Assembly (NCBI GenBank): GCA_963790805.1
Contig: CAWBPL010000002.1
Location: forward strand, 192,696 to 256,695
DNA from: Candidatus Gottesmanbacteria bacterium
GTDB taxonomy: Bacteria > Patescibacteriota > Microgenomatia > UBA10105 > UBA927
Length of the DNA: 64,000 nucleotides
Direction of reading: 5' to 3'
Both the position numbers and the translations under genes were made by a program. Below are positions 1-8,736 of the stretch, one piece after another (the first letter of the stretch is position 1; each line of letters starts with the position of its first letter). Under the pieces are notes generated by a model that saw only the letters and a program-made list of their open reading frames with translations, was not told where the DNA came from and did not search any database.

Positions 1-344
1 TCAAACGTTTTATGCAGCACTTCTATTGTTTTTACATTGTGCTGCTTCAAAACAGCTTTGAATCCCTCCACGCCTATTTTTAATCCCTCATCGTTAAGAT
101 GCGCTTGAGCCATCTCAAACGTATCTAAAACCACCAGTAATTCCCGAATAATCTGTTCTGACGCCTGTTTTTCTTTTTCAAGAGACAATTGCGCCGTACG
201 CCGTTCCAGATTCTGATAATCCGCAAGCGCGCGCAAATATTTGTTCTTCCACTCTTCCGCCTTTTTCCCCGCTTCTTCGAGCTGACGTGTGCACTCGTCA
301 GTCGAATGATCCGGTATATGCTGTTTAGTGTCGTGTTTCTTCAT
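1..344 (-). CDS. grpE: GrpE nucleotide exchange factor; 3' end cut by the window edge
   Basis: My translation of the minus strand from ATG at 344 gives MKKHDTKQH...WKNKYLRALADYQNLERRTAQ...ELLVVLDTFEMAQAH. This is the GrpE-type coiled-coil with the ADxxNxxRR signature. It lies directly downstream of hrcA, the classic hrcA-grpE order. Confidence 0.8.
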   Translation of the reverse strand, partial: MKKHDTKQHIPDHSTDECTRQLEEAGKKAEEWKNKYLRALADYQNLERRTAQLSLEKEKQASEQIIRELLVVLDTFEMAQAHLNDEGLKIGVEGFKAVLKQHNVKTIEVLHKTF

Positions 345-363
345 GACTGATGACATAAACTCG

Positions 364-1098
364 TTACCAAGAACTGGCAAACTCTCCTATAAGCCCGCCC
401 ATATACCGGACAACCGGCACTATATATGAATAATTCAAGCGTGACGGCCCCACAACGCCAATAGCTCCTGACACGTGAGGTGTACTGAATTTGGTATAAA
501 TAAATCCGCATTGCGATAGGGTGCTGCGTTCTCCAAAATCTTCACCCAAAAGAATATCAAAAAGATCTTCATGCGCCTTAAGAATCGTCCACCAGTAATC
601 AAATTTATCAAGTGTTTCCAAAAGGTTGTGCGTCAGTTCGTAGTCGTAAAATTCCGGCATGTCAAGGATATTAGCCGCTCCGGCATAATAAAGATCACCT
701 TCAGCGGTTGCAGTTATCGCTAAGGTTTTCGTACGTTCAGCGAGTGTTTTTGTCGCCTCACGCAGTAATTTGTCTACCTCCTGCCGGTAATCCCAAATTT
801 TTTCTTTCACCGCAACCTCATCGGTCACTGACATATCGTGCGGCTTCATAAGCTGCTGGACATAGTAGTGCATAGCCTCGGGCGTGGGGCTTCGACCGGC
901 GGACGTATGCGGCTGATGCAGGAGCTTCATATCGGTTAAACGTACCATTTCGTTTCGAATGGTCGCGGGCGACACACCGAGATTATATTTTTTATCCAGA
1001 GTTTCAGAACCCACCGGTTCAGCCGTGGCGATATATTCCTCTATAATGGCTTTAAGAATTTGAATTTGTCTTGGTGTTAAATCTTTAATCTGATCCAT
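364..1098 (-). CDS. hrcA: Heat-inducible transcription repressor HrcA (short 244-aa form)
   Basis: The N-terminal winged helix LTPRQIQILKAIIEEYIATAEPVGSETL...GVSPATIRNEM and the C-terminal GAIGVVGPSRLNYSYIVPVV are typical HrcA blocks. A CIRCE operator lies upstream. Confidence 0.9.
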   Translation of the reverse strand: MDQIKDLTPRQIQILKAIIEEYIATAEPVGSETLDKKYNLGVSPATIRNEMVRLTDMKLLHQPHTSAGRSPTPEAMHYYVQQLMKPHDMSVTDEVAVKEKIWDYRQEVDKLLREATKTLAERTKTLAITATAEGDLYYAGAANILDMPEFYDYELTHNLLETLDKFDYWWTILKAHEDLFDILLGEDFGERSTLSQCGFIYTKFSTPHVSGAIGVVGPSRLNYSYIVPVVRYMGGLIGEFASSW

Positions 1099-1140
1099 AT
1101 ACTGCCTTTCAATATGGGCATAATTACATTATAACTGATT

Positions 1141-1167
1141 TTAGCAATAATATACATCGAGTGCTAA
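1141..1167. promoter_or_regulatory. CIRCE operator (HrcA binding site) upstream of hrcA
   Basis: TTAGCAATA-N9-GAGTGCTAA compared with consensus TTAGCACTC-N9-GAGTGCTAA: left arm 7/9, right arm 9/9. It is 43 nt upstream of the hrcA ATG. Confidence 0.75.
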
Positions 1168-1177
1168 TTTCTGTCAA
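1149..1177 (-). promoter_or_regulatory. sigma70-type promoter of hrcA-grpE overlapping CIRCE
   Basis: The minus strand reads TTGACA (1177-1172), a 17-nt spacer, then TATATT (1154-1149). CIRCE occupies the spacer and the -10 region. Confidence 0.6.
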
Positions 1178-1255
1178 GACCATTTTTTACAGCTTTGTAT
1201 TATTCCTCACCGACTCTTGCACACAGGTAAAAACTTATCCATAATAAGAACACGG

Positions 1256-2365
1256 ATGAAAAAAGTTTTCCTGTTTGTTTCTATTGGAATTATCTTACTC
1301 GGCATTCCTGCAACGATCTTTCTTGTCGGCCAAAATCAGGAACTCCGGCAACGTGCCGCGCCTGCAACAACCCTGTCACTGAGCCCGTCAACAGTGAACG
1401 CCAAAACCGGCGACACATTTTCACTCGAAGTTAAACTGGATTCAGCCAATAATCAGGTCGCTGTCGTTCAAATTCACATTCTCTATGATCCCACGAAACT
1501 GCAGGCAGTTGATATCACAAACGGTCCTTTAGCACCAAGTATCAGAGCTTCAGGAAAAATTGACCCCGGCGGGGTTGCTTCCATAACCGTCGGAGCAAAG
1601 GATAACACAACGCCAATTACCGGTGCCGGCACAATTGCAGTACTCACCATGAAAGCTGCAACCCCTTCAGCCACTCCCCTATCAGTCAAATTTGCTCCGG
1701 CTCCCGACACCTACGCAAATGCAATTGGAGAAGGACAAAATAATGTGCTCGTTGGCACAACGCAGGCGTCGGTAACAATACTTAATGCTGACGGGTCTCA
1801 AGCACAAGCTGATGCATCTAATACCAATACGGTATCACAATCCGATGCGCAGGCAGCCACTGTCGCTGCTAACGCAACACCCACTGATACGCCTGAAGCA
1901 AGCCAAAGCGCATCGATGTCGATTGGTTTTCAAGATACTACAACAAATACCTCTACGGCAGCACCTGTCATTACATCGTTAACACAAAATCAAAGCGTCA
2001 CAACGCAAACACCCCTGATACAGGGCAAAGGAATTCCGGGTTCAACCATTACGATCGTTATTCATTCGGCAAGCGCGCAAACCGCAACCGTCACCGTAGA
2101 CGCCAACGGCAATTGGTCCTACACACCAACAGCACCGCTGGATCCCGGGCCCCACACGGTGCAAGCTATGGCGACCGATCCCACAACCGGCCAAACACAA
2201 ACGACTACAACGGCGATTGTCGTGTCCGGCGGGAGCACTTCAGAAAGTCCTGCAACCGGAAGCGCGATGCCGGCAACCGGAAGCACACAAGTAACCATAT
2301 TCTTAATTGCCCTGGGAACATTCCTTCTGGTTTCCGGAGCTCTGTTGCCCGTATTTATACAATAA
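1256..2365 (+). CDS. Secreted surface protein with cohesin-like and Ig-like domains and a C-terminal PxTG plus TM anchor
   Basis: Start trimmed to MKKVFLFVSIGIILLG (signal/TM). LSLSPSTVNAKTGDTFSLEVKLDS...VQIHILYDPTKLQAVD is cohesin-like. An Ig-like block IQGKGIPGSTITIV...DANGNWSYTP follows. The tail is AMPATGSTQ plus a hydrophobic helix. Confidence 0.6.
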   Translation: MKKVFLFVSIGIILLGIPATIFLVGQNQELRQRAAPATTLSLSPSTVNAKTGDTFSLEVKLDSANNQVAVVQIHILYDPTKLQAVDITNGPLAPSIRASGKIDPGGVASITVGAKDNTTPITGAGTIAVLTMKAATPSATPLSVKFAPAPDTYANAIGEGQNNVLVGTTQASVTILNADGSQAQADASNTNTVSQSDAQAATVAANATPTDTPEASQSASMSIGFQDTTTNTSTAAPVITSLTQNQSVTTQTPLIQGKGIPGSTITIVIHSASAQTATVTVDANGNWSYTPTAPLDPGPHTVQAMATDPTTGQTQTTTTAIVVSGGSTSESPATGSAMPATGSTQVTIFLIALGTFLLVSGALLPVFIQ

Positions 2366-2369
2366 AGCC

Positions 2370-3779
2370 ATGGCAAACGTATTTACTAATCCGGCAAAAC
2401 CGCGACTCATGCAGCTTGTTTCCATCATTGCGCTTCTTATTTTTATGCCGTTGCTGCTTTTTGGCGCACAGGAAGTAGCTACTATTTTAACCAGAGCCTC
2501 CGGAACTCCTGCAAATATCATTATAAATACAACCGTCCTCTTAGAGCCGCTGAATTTAGATTTCTACCATGCGTTTTCTCAGGGCGGTGAATCTACCGGC
2601 AACATGCTCCAGCCGGTGGTCAACGAAGTAAAAGCGCTCAATCCTAAACTCATTCGGATTGACCATATTTATGACTATCATCATGTCGTCACGAAATCAG
2701 CAGATCAGCTGTCTTTCGACTGGTCAGACCTTGATAGCGAAGTCAATACGATTTTAGCAACCGGTGCAAAACCCGTTCTCGTTTTATCGTATATGCCGCC
2801 TGCTATCGCAAAAGACGGTAACGTCGTTAACCCTCCCAACAACTGGAATGACTGGTCTCTGGTGGTGGAACGCACAATTGAGCACTACAGCGGCAAAAGC
2901 GGAATGAACTTAAGCGGCGTGTATTATGAGGTATGGAATGAACCCGATTTGGCACAATTCGGCAGTTGGTCTTACGGCGGCGATAAAAACTACATTACTC
3001 TCTATCAATACGCCTCATCAGGCGCCAGAAGCGCTCAAAATGTCAACAGATTCTATCTTGGAGGGCCTGCAACAACCGGACTCTACAAATCATGGATCAC
3101 GGCTCTCGCCGGAAGCGGCGCGCGGATCGATTTCCTTTCGTGGCACACATATCAGGTAGATCCGCTCAAATACGATGCAGACCAACAAAACCTTGCCAAT
3201 TGGCTGCTTCCATATCCGGAACTTTCACTCGTACCGAAACTTATTACTGAATACGGCTTCACCGGCGATAAGTCAGCCGGCTATGGCACAACGTACGCTG
3301 CCACTCATGATATCGCAGTTATTCGTCAACTCATAAGTAGCGGCCTTACCTATGCCTTTGCGTTTCAACCAATCGATGGTCCACACCAGCAGGTAGGCAA
3401 CGGTTGGGGACTTATCACCAATCAGGATAACGGTCTAACAAAGAAACCCCGTTATTATATTTACTCATTTCTCGATTCTATGGCAGGCACGCGAATTTCA
3501 CTCTCGGGAGAAGGTTCGTGGGTAACCGGATTTGCCAGCACAAAAGACGGAGTTATTCGCGTATTACTCGTTAATTTTGATCCGGATGGAACGCATACAG
3601 AAACCATTCCCGTAACATTTAACGGTCTGACTCAGGGAGAAACGTGTTCCTACCGACAACGGTTTTTCTTAGGCCACGATGTCACACTTTCCGAAACGAT
3701 TACCGATACAACCTTGAAAGAAAATGTTTTAATGCCGGCCTTAACGAGCGTCATTCTTGAGCTGAATTGTAAAAAGTAA
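2370..3779 (+). CDS. Secreted glycoside hydrolase, clan GH-A (GH39/GH5-like)
   Basis: Start trimmed to MANVF...IIALLIFMPLLLFG (signal/TM). YYEVWNEPDL is an acid/base NEP motif and LITEYGF is a candidate nucleophile Glu on a TIM-barrel-like spacing. The family assignment is by motif only. Confidence 0.55.
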   Translation: MANVFTNPAKPRLMQLVSIIALLIFMPLLLFGAQEVATILTRASGTPANIIINTTVLLEPLNLDFYHAFSQGGESTGNMLQPVVNEVKALNPKLIRIDHIYDYHHVVTKSADQLSFDWSDLDSEVNTILATGAKPVLVLSYMPPAIAKDGNVVNPPNNWNDWSLVVERTIEHYSGKSGMNLSGVYYEVWNEPDLAQFGSWSYGGDKNYITLYQYASSGARSAQNVNRFYLGGPATTGLYKSWITALAGSGARIDFLSWHTYQVDPLKYDADQQNLANWLLPYPELSLVPKLITEYGFTGDKSAGYGTTYAATHDIAVIRQLISSGLTYAFAFQPIDGPHQQVGNGWGLITNQDNGLTKKPRYYIYSFLDSMAGTRISLSGEGSWVTGFASTKDGVIRVLLVNFDPDGTHTETIPVTFNGLTQGETCSYRQRFFLGHDVTLSETITDTTLKENVLMPALTSVILELNCKK

Positions 3780-3781
3780 AT

Positions 3782-5434
3782 TTACGTTAATTGTTCCGGC
3801 TTGTCTCCATCAATCACTTCACTCGCCGGCTCCAAGAGGACAGGACTACCTCGTCGAACACGCTGCATGAGCGTAATAAATGCATGCACTTCTCCTATAT
3901 TAAAAAGCCAGGACATACCGAAATAAACGATTAATCCGGCCCCCATTGAGAGCGATGTCAATAAAATAAGACCAAATGTGCGTGTTGTATCAAAAATTAA
4001 CTGGTCAAATAATTTCAGCGGAATATATACAGCTATTCCGGCTAATAAGGCCGCGATGAGCATTTTTACCGGCGGGAGAAACAGTGTGCCTTTAGAAAAA
4101 TGTCCTATTTTTTTATCTAAAACGATGAATAATATCAATGCATTCAAAATACTTGCTATAGACGTTGACAATCCGAGTGACCACACGGGAAGATGGAACA
4201 CAAGAATAAAAATGATACTGATGATGCTATTCGTCAAAATTGAAATAACACTTATGATAACGGGCGTTTTTGTATCATACAGGGCGTAAAATCCCCGTGC
4301 TAATACATGGACTGCCGATTGGGCAAACAGCGAAAGACTAAACATAAAAAGGGTCATGCCGGTCAGATATGTTGCTTGCCAGTCAAATCGTGCAGCACCA
4401 AAAATGAGACGAACAATTGGTATTCGAAGAACTATAAACAATACGGAAGAAGGTAATACAAAAAATAAAATCTGGTGGATCGCGCTGATAATCGATTTTT
4501 TATATTGATCCTTGTCTTCTTTGACAGATGCTGCGGAAAGCGTCGGAAGCGCAGCCTGAGCGATGGTCGCTCCAAACAGCCCGACAGGTACCTGTTGAAG
4601 ATTTTGCGCGAAATTAAATATTGTGACCATGCGGGCACCCAGAAGGCTTGACATCATAAGATCAACGGTCGAGTCAATCTGAGATACTGCAAGGCCAAGC
4701 GTTCGCGGACCGATAAGTCGTCCCACTTCCCTCACTCCCTTGTTATGAAAATCAAAGCTGAATGAATGTCGATAGCCAACTTTTAAAAGAACAGGGAGTT
4801 GTATGAGCATGAACAACAATGCTCCCAACCCGACCCCTGCAACCGGAGCATAAAGACCAATAGTGCCGGATAACGTAATTATTCCAATAATAATGCCCAC
4901 GTTATAGACAACCGGAGCAAGGGCAGGCATAAGAAACAAATTGTAGGATTGGAGTATTCCGGTAAAAAAATTTCCGACAAGAAGCGGGATTACCTGACAA
5001 ACGATCATAATTCTACTAAACGTCGCCATGAGTTGAATCTGTTTATCTGAAAACCCAGGTGCCAAAAATCTGGAAAACTCTCGCGACCAAATAAATATGG
5101 GGAGCGCCAGTATAGCAAAAAGAACAACGCTTATATTGGTAACGATCGCCGCCATGTGCCATCCTTCTTTTTCTTTCTCCTGAGTTAAATATTTCGTAAA
5201 AACAGGAATAAACGCACTGGTGAGGGCCCCAGTAACCAACAGTTCAAAAATCATATTGGGAAGTCGAAATGCGGCAAAATAGACACCTAATTCATCCGGC
5301 GCAAATCGCGCCGCCAACAGGCGATCACGTACCAAACCCAATATACGCGAAGTGAGTACCATTGAAACGAGAATTATCGCAGCGGATCCAACCGAATTCT
5401 GTTTTCTGGTTATAATATCCCAAACACGTTTCAT
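3782..5434 (-). CDS. murJ: Lipid II flippase MurJ (MviN)
   Basis: SRILGLVRDRLLAARF...GVYFAAFRLPNMIFELLVTGALTSAFIPVF is a classic MurJ N-terminus. The protein is polytopic and 550 aa long. Confidence 0.9.
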   Translation of the reverse strand: MKRVWDIITRKQNSVGSAAIILVSMVLTSRILGLVRDRLLAARFAPDELGVYFAAFRLPNMIFELLVTGALTSAFIPVFTKYLTQEKEKEGWHMAAIVTNISVVLFAILALPIFIWSREFSRFLAPGFSDKQIQLMATFSRIMIVCQVIPLLVGNFFTGILQSYNLFLMPALAPVVYNVGIIIGIITLSGTIGLYAPVAGVGLGALLFMLIQLPVLLKVGYRHSFSFDFHNKGVREVGRLIGPRTLGLAVSQIDSTVDLMMSSLLGARMVTIFNFAQNLQQVPVGLFGATIAQAALPTLSAASVKEDKDQYKKSIISAIHQILFFVLPSSVLFIVLRIPIVRLIFGAARFDWQATYLTGMTLFMFSLSLFAQSAVHVLARGFYALYDTKTPVIISVISILTNSIISIIFILVFHLPVWSLGLSTSIASILNALILFIVLDKKIGHFSKGTLFLPPVKMLIAALLAGIAVYIPLKLFDQLIFDTTRTFGLILLTSLSMGAGLIVYFGMSWLFNIGEVHAFITLMQRVRRGSPVLLEPASEVIDGDKPEQLT

Positions 5435-5511
5435 TGAACGTATTATAGCGTAGTAATACTACAAAAAATACTCCATTTTCGTCTTTTTAGCTTTTCGAAT
5501 CTGGTGTTTTA

Positions 5512-5520
5512 TGGTATACT
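5512..5520 (+). promoter_or_regulatory. Extended -10 promoter element (TGgTATACT) for rpsT
   Basis: TG at 5512-5513 and TATACT at 5515-5520. The rpsT ATG is at 5529, only 8 nt after the -10, with no Shine-Dalgarno in between. Confidence 0.4.
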
Positions 5521-5528
5521 ACCAATCT

Positions 5529-5768
5529 ATGCCAATTATTGCCAGAGCAGCTAAAAAACTTCGACATGACCGACGTCGCACAAAAGTGACGATGGCCTCA
5601 CGTGAGGCATTGCGTAATCTTATCAAATCGTTTCGTAAATCACCTTCAAAAAAAACTCTCAATCATGTATTTCAGGCGCTCGATAAAGCCGCAAAACGAA
5701 ATATTATCCATGCCAATAAAGCAGCTCGGCTAAAATCCCGATTGTCCGACGTAATCGCAAAAAAATAG
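5529..5768 (+). CDS. rpsT: 30S ribosomal protein S20
   Basis: MPIIARAAKKLRHDRRRTKV...AAKRNIIHANKAARLKSRL is a typical S20. The start was trimmed from the ORF-track ATG at 5511. Confidence 0.9.
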   Translation: MPIIARAAKKLRHDRRRTKVTMASREALRNLIKSFRKSPSKKTLNHVFQALDKAAKRNIIHANKAARLKSRLSDVIAKK

Positions 5769-5912
5769 AGTCCTGTCCTTTCGTTTTCAAAAACACCATC
5801 CCCTGTTATTCAACAAGAACCCTTGCTATACTAAAACTGTGCCAGGCAACGAAGTATCTTGTGAAATAGGTATATTCGTTTCCACGGCTGTTTGGTGTTG
5901 CAATACATCATT

Positions 5913-6464
5913 ATGCCTGCCAACAATGTTTCGATAAATTTACTGGGTGATTCTGACATGGAACATACGCCAGCCGGACGTATCGTTGGTTGGGCTGTCA
6001 CCTATGGTCGGTATATTATGATCGGTACGGAAATTGTGGTACTCCTTGCATTTATATCGCGGTTTAGTTTAGATCGAAAGCTTACGGATCTCAAGGAAGA
6101 AGTATCGCAAAAACAAAATATCATACAGGCAAATACGTCATTTGAAAATGATGTGAGAACACTTCAGGATAAATTAGCAAAAATAAAGACAATTACGACC
6201 TCGTCTCCTGATCCCACGAATACCCTTTCGATATTTGAAACTACTCTACCGGCGGGTGTGTACTTTCAAACCTTTGATTTAACCAATAATCAGCTTACGA
6301 TTCAGGCAATTGCTGGTTCTACGGACGCTTTCTCCCAACTTATCGCGAACTTACAGGCAAATAACAATCTTACTGCTCTGGATTTTGGCGCTATTAAACG
6401 TGATCCGTTGCTTGGTATCCAATTTACCTTTAAAGCTCAAGTCATTGGCGCAAATACCAAATAA
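5913..6464 (+). CDS. PilN-like type IV pilus assembly membrane protein
   Basis: A short N-terminus, one TM helix (YIMIGTEIVVLLAFISRF), a coiled-coil and then a periplasmic domain give PilN-type architecture. A PilO-like gene follows. Confidence 0.5.
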   Translation: MPANNVSINLLGDSDMEHTPAGRIVGWAVTYGRYIMIGTEIVVLLAFISRFSLDRKLTDLKEEVSQKQNIIQANTSFENDVRTLQDKLAKIKTITTSSPDPTNTLSIFETTLPAGVYFQTFDLTNNQLTIQAIAGSTDAFSQLIANLQANNNLTALDFGAIKRDPLLGIQFTFKAQVIGANTK

Positions 6465-6470
6465 TGCACT

Positions 6471-7145
6471 ATGCCGTATAACTATAAAACCGAGTTGCAA
6501 CGATATCGAAAATATTATCAATCAATTGAACCTTTGTTAAAAAGGCCATCCGCACGCGCCTATACTACTGTTGTGTTTTCATTTCTTGCGATATCCCTTT
6601 TTGGATTGTATGCAATCCTTCCCACCGTGCAAACAATATTATATTTGCGTCGAGAGATCACAGACGAAACGAATACAAATAAAGAGATGGATAACAAAAT
6701 TAACGCACTTATCGATGCACAAGCATATTATCAGGAAATAGAATCGCTTGTTCCCGCCGTAGATCAAGCATTACCTCCTGATCCGGATGCTGTACCGATC
6801 GTTGTTCAATTAAGAAATCTGGCAAGTCAAAGCGGTGTTTTAATATCATCTATCCAACTGCCAAGTGTTCCTCTTTTGGGAAAAGATACGCTTAATCCAT
6901 CCGCCCATAGCTCAAATGGTTCTTCTAAACAACAAATGTTTAATCTTACAATCGCCGTTAAAGGTACGTATCCGATGATAAAAGCGTATTTGGACGGTAT
7001 TATCAATATGAGAAGAATTGTTGCCATTAACGGTATAACCATTACTCCCATAGAGAATGCATTAACGAGTAGTCAAAGTGCTGTTCCAAGTAGTAGACTA
7101 CTACAGTTAGCGTTGAAACTACAAACATTTTATTTGATCAAATAA
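6471..7145 (+). CDS. PilO-like type IV pilus assembly membrane protein
   Basis: One TM helix (TTVVFSFLAISLFGLYAIL), a coiled-coil, then ALPPDPDAVPIVVQLRNLASQSGVLISSIQL. This is PilO-like architecture in a position coupled to the PilN-like gene. Confidence 0.45.
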   Translation: MPYNYKTELQRYRKYYQSIEPLLKRPSARAYTTVVFSFLAISLFGLYAILPTVQTILYLRREITDETNTNKEMDNKINALIDAQAYYQEIESLVPAVDQALPPDPDAVPIVVQLRNLASQSGVLISSIQLPSVPLLGKDTLNPSAHSSNGSSKQQMFNLTIAVKGTYPMIKAYLDGIINMRRIVAINGITITPIENALTSSQSAVPSSRLLQLALKLQTFYLIK

Positions 7146-7147
7146 AT

Positions 7148-7342
7148 ATGGATAACGATCGAGATTTATTACTTGTATCTGTATTTACATTCCTCACTGT
7201 CACTCTCTGGATTACATTTGAGTTATTAAAAACAGTTAAAACAACTACCGTATCCAATACGACCCAACAAGTTGTTGTTCCGCTTTCATCAAAAATCGAT
7301 ATTGATACGCTTACAAATATTGCGAACAGGAGAGTATACTAA
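7148..7342 (+). CDS. Small single-pass membrane protein in the pil-like operon
   Basis: 64 aa with one TM helix (LLLVSVFTFLTVTLWITF), tightly packed between neighbours with 2-4 nt gaps. Confidence 0.4.
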   Translation: MDNDRDLLLVSVFTFLTVTLWITFELLKTVKTTTVSNTTQQVVVPLSSKIDIDTLTNIANRRVY

Positions 7343-7346
7343 CACC

Positions 7347-8660
7347 ATGAAAACGCCAACAAAAATCCCTACGATTATTGGATTATTACTTATCTTCGCT
7401 CTCGTCGGGAGTATTATCGCATTGGAACGAATATTTCGATCTCCCTCAGGAGCGGCCGGATCTCAAGAACCAACAAATGTTCACATAACCAATGTTTCCG
7501 ATTCGTCGTTCACCGTTTCATGGCTAACAGATGTCGCAACATCAGGTACGCTTCTTACCAAAACAACCGGAATATCGAATCACGTATACTATGACGAGCG
7601 CGATCTAACGGGTAAATTAGGTACTTATACAACCCACTATATTATGGTACGTGACGCCAGTCCTTCAACGGATTATTCCCTCATACCATTATCAAATGGT
7701 AAAGAGTATTTCAGTGATGGAAAACCATGGAGTATACACACACCGATAACGCTTTCTCCGCAGAGCGGCGGCCTTGAGCCCGCATATGGAACTATCCAGC
7801 AAACAAACGAACAGCCCATGGGGGGAGCACTCGTTTATCTCACCATCGACGGCGGACAAGAATTATCCGCTCTAACAAAAGCATCAGGATTGTGGTTAAT
7901 ACCCTTAAATCAAATTCGAAAAAATGATCTCACTGATTATTTACCTACCTCAAACCGTATGACCGAAAATATTCTAGTTCAAGCCAACGGCTTACAAACT
8001 ACAGCGATCACAGACACATTAAACGATTCTCCAGTTCCTGAAATGACGCTCGGCAAAATTTATGATTTTCGTCACCAACAAGCAAAAACGTCAGAATCCA
8101 ATACTCTTGCGAGTAACCAACTGCCAACCAACGGCACGGTGCTTGGCGATACCACAAATCGTTCTTATACGGTTTCATTAGTCTCACCTGCTCAAGGGGC
8201 GGGGCTTTCCGCCACGCTACCACTTATTCAGGGAACCGGAATTCCCGGTACGTACATCGGTATTAGTCTCGGTATTACACAGGTTATGACGGGTTCGACA
8301 AAAGTCGATCCAAACGGCCAATGGAGTTTTACTCCGCCAAAAACGTTAGCACCAGGCAAACAAAGCGTAACTATTTCAACCGTTGATAGTAAAAACCAAC
8401 CCGTTGCCATCACACATACGTTTGAAATTTTCAAAAGCGGCACACAGGTATTGGGCGATGCAACAGCATCAGCAACTCTTACACCAGAAAGTAGTCCAAC
8501 GGATACGATAACTGAGTCCCCAACACCAGTGTCAGTTCCGGAATCAACGCTTTCCGGTCAACCGCCTCCCAGTACGGGAGATGAATTTCCTACAATCATA
8601 TCTCTTATACTCGGTATCGTATTGTTATCAGGAGGAGCAACTATTGCTGCATTGAAGTAG
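7347..8660 (+). CDS. Surface protein with FN3-like and Ig-like domains and a C-terminal PxTG plus TM anchor
   Basis: Start trimmed to the ATG at 7347 behind AGGAGA. The N-terminus has a signal/TM. TNVHITNVSDSSFTVSWLTD is FN3-like, and IQGTGIPGTYIG...DPNGQWSFTPP is Ig-like and resembles the repeat in CDS 1256-2365. The tail is PPPSTGDEFPTIISLILGIVLL...K. Confidence 0.55.
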   Translation: MKTPTKIPTIIGLLLIFALVGSIIALERIFRSPSGAAGSQEPTNVHITNVSDSSFTVSWLTDVATSGTLLTKTTGISNHVYYDERDLTGKLGTYTTHYIMVRDASPSTDYSLIPLSNGKEYFSDGKPWSIHTPITLSPQSGGLEPAYGTIQQTNEQPMGGALVYLTIDGGQELSALTKASGLWLIPLNQIRKNDLTDYLPTSNRMTENILVQANGLQTTAITDTLNDSPVPEMTLGKIYDFRHQQAKTSESNTLASNQLPTNGTVLGDTTNRSYTVSLVSPAQGAGLSATLPLIQGTGIPGTYIGISLGITQVMTGSTKVDPNGQWSFTPPKTLAPGKQSVTISTVDSKNQPVAITHTFEIFKSGTQVLGDATASATLTPESSPTDTITESPTPVSVPESTLSGQPPPSTGDEFPTIISLILGIVLLSGGATIAALK

Positions 8661-8736
8661 TATCTGAATGAAAAACGAGATATTCTAGAAACAGATGGAA
8701 ATAATACGTTTAATATGCGTATAATGAATTAATTCT

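Noticed and set aside
1217-1255. N-terminal extensions proposed by the ORF track for many genes (for example 1217, 2307, 7272, 11095, 14307, 15811, 17130, 24997, 32171, 37130, 59386, 61102).
   Set aside because: These extensions overlap neighbouring genes or lack an RBS. Internal ATGs coincide with signal peptides or conserved N-termini, and the starts were trimmed accordingly.
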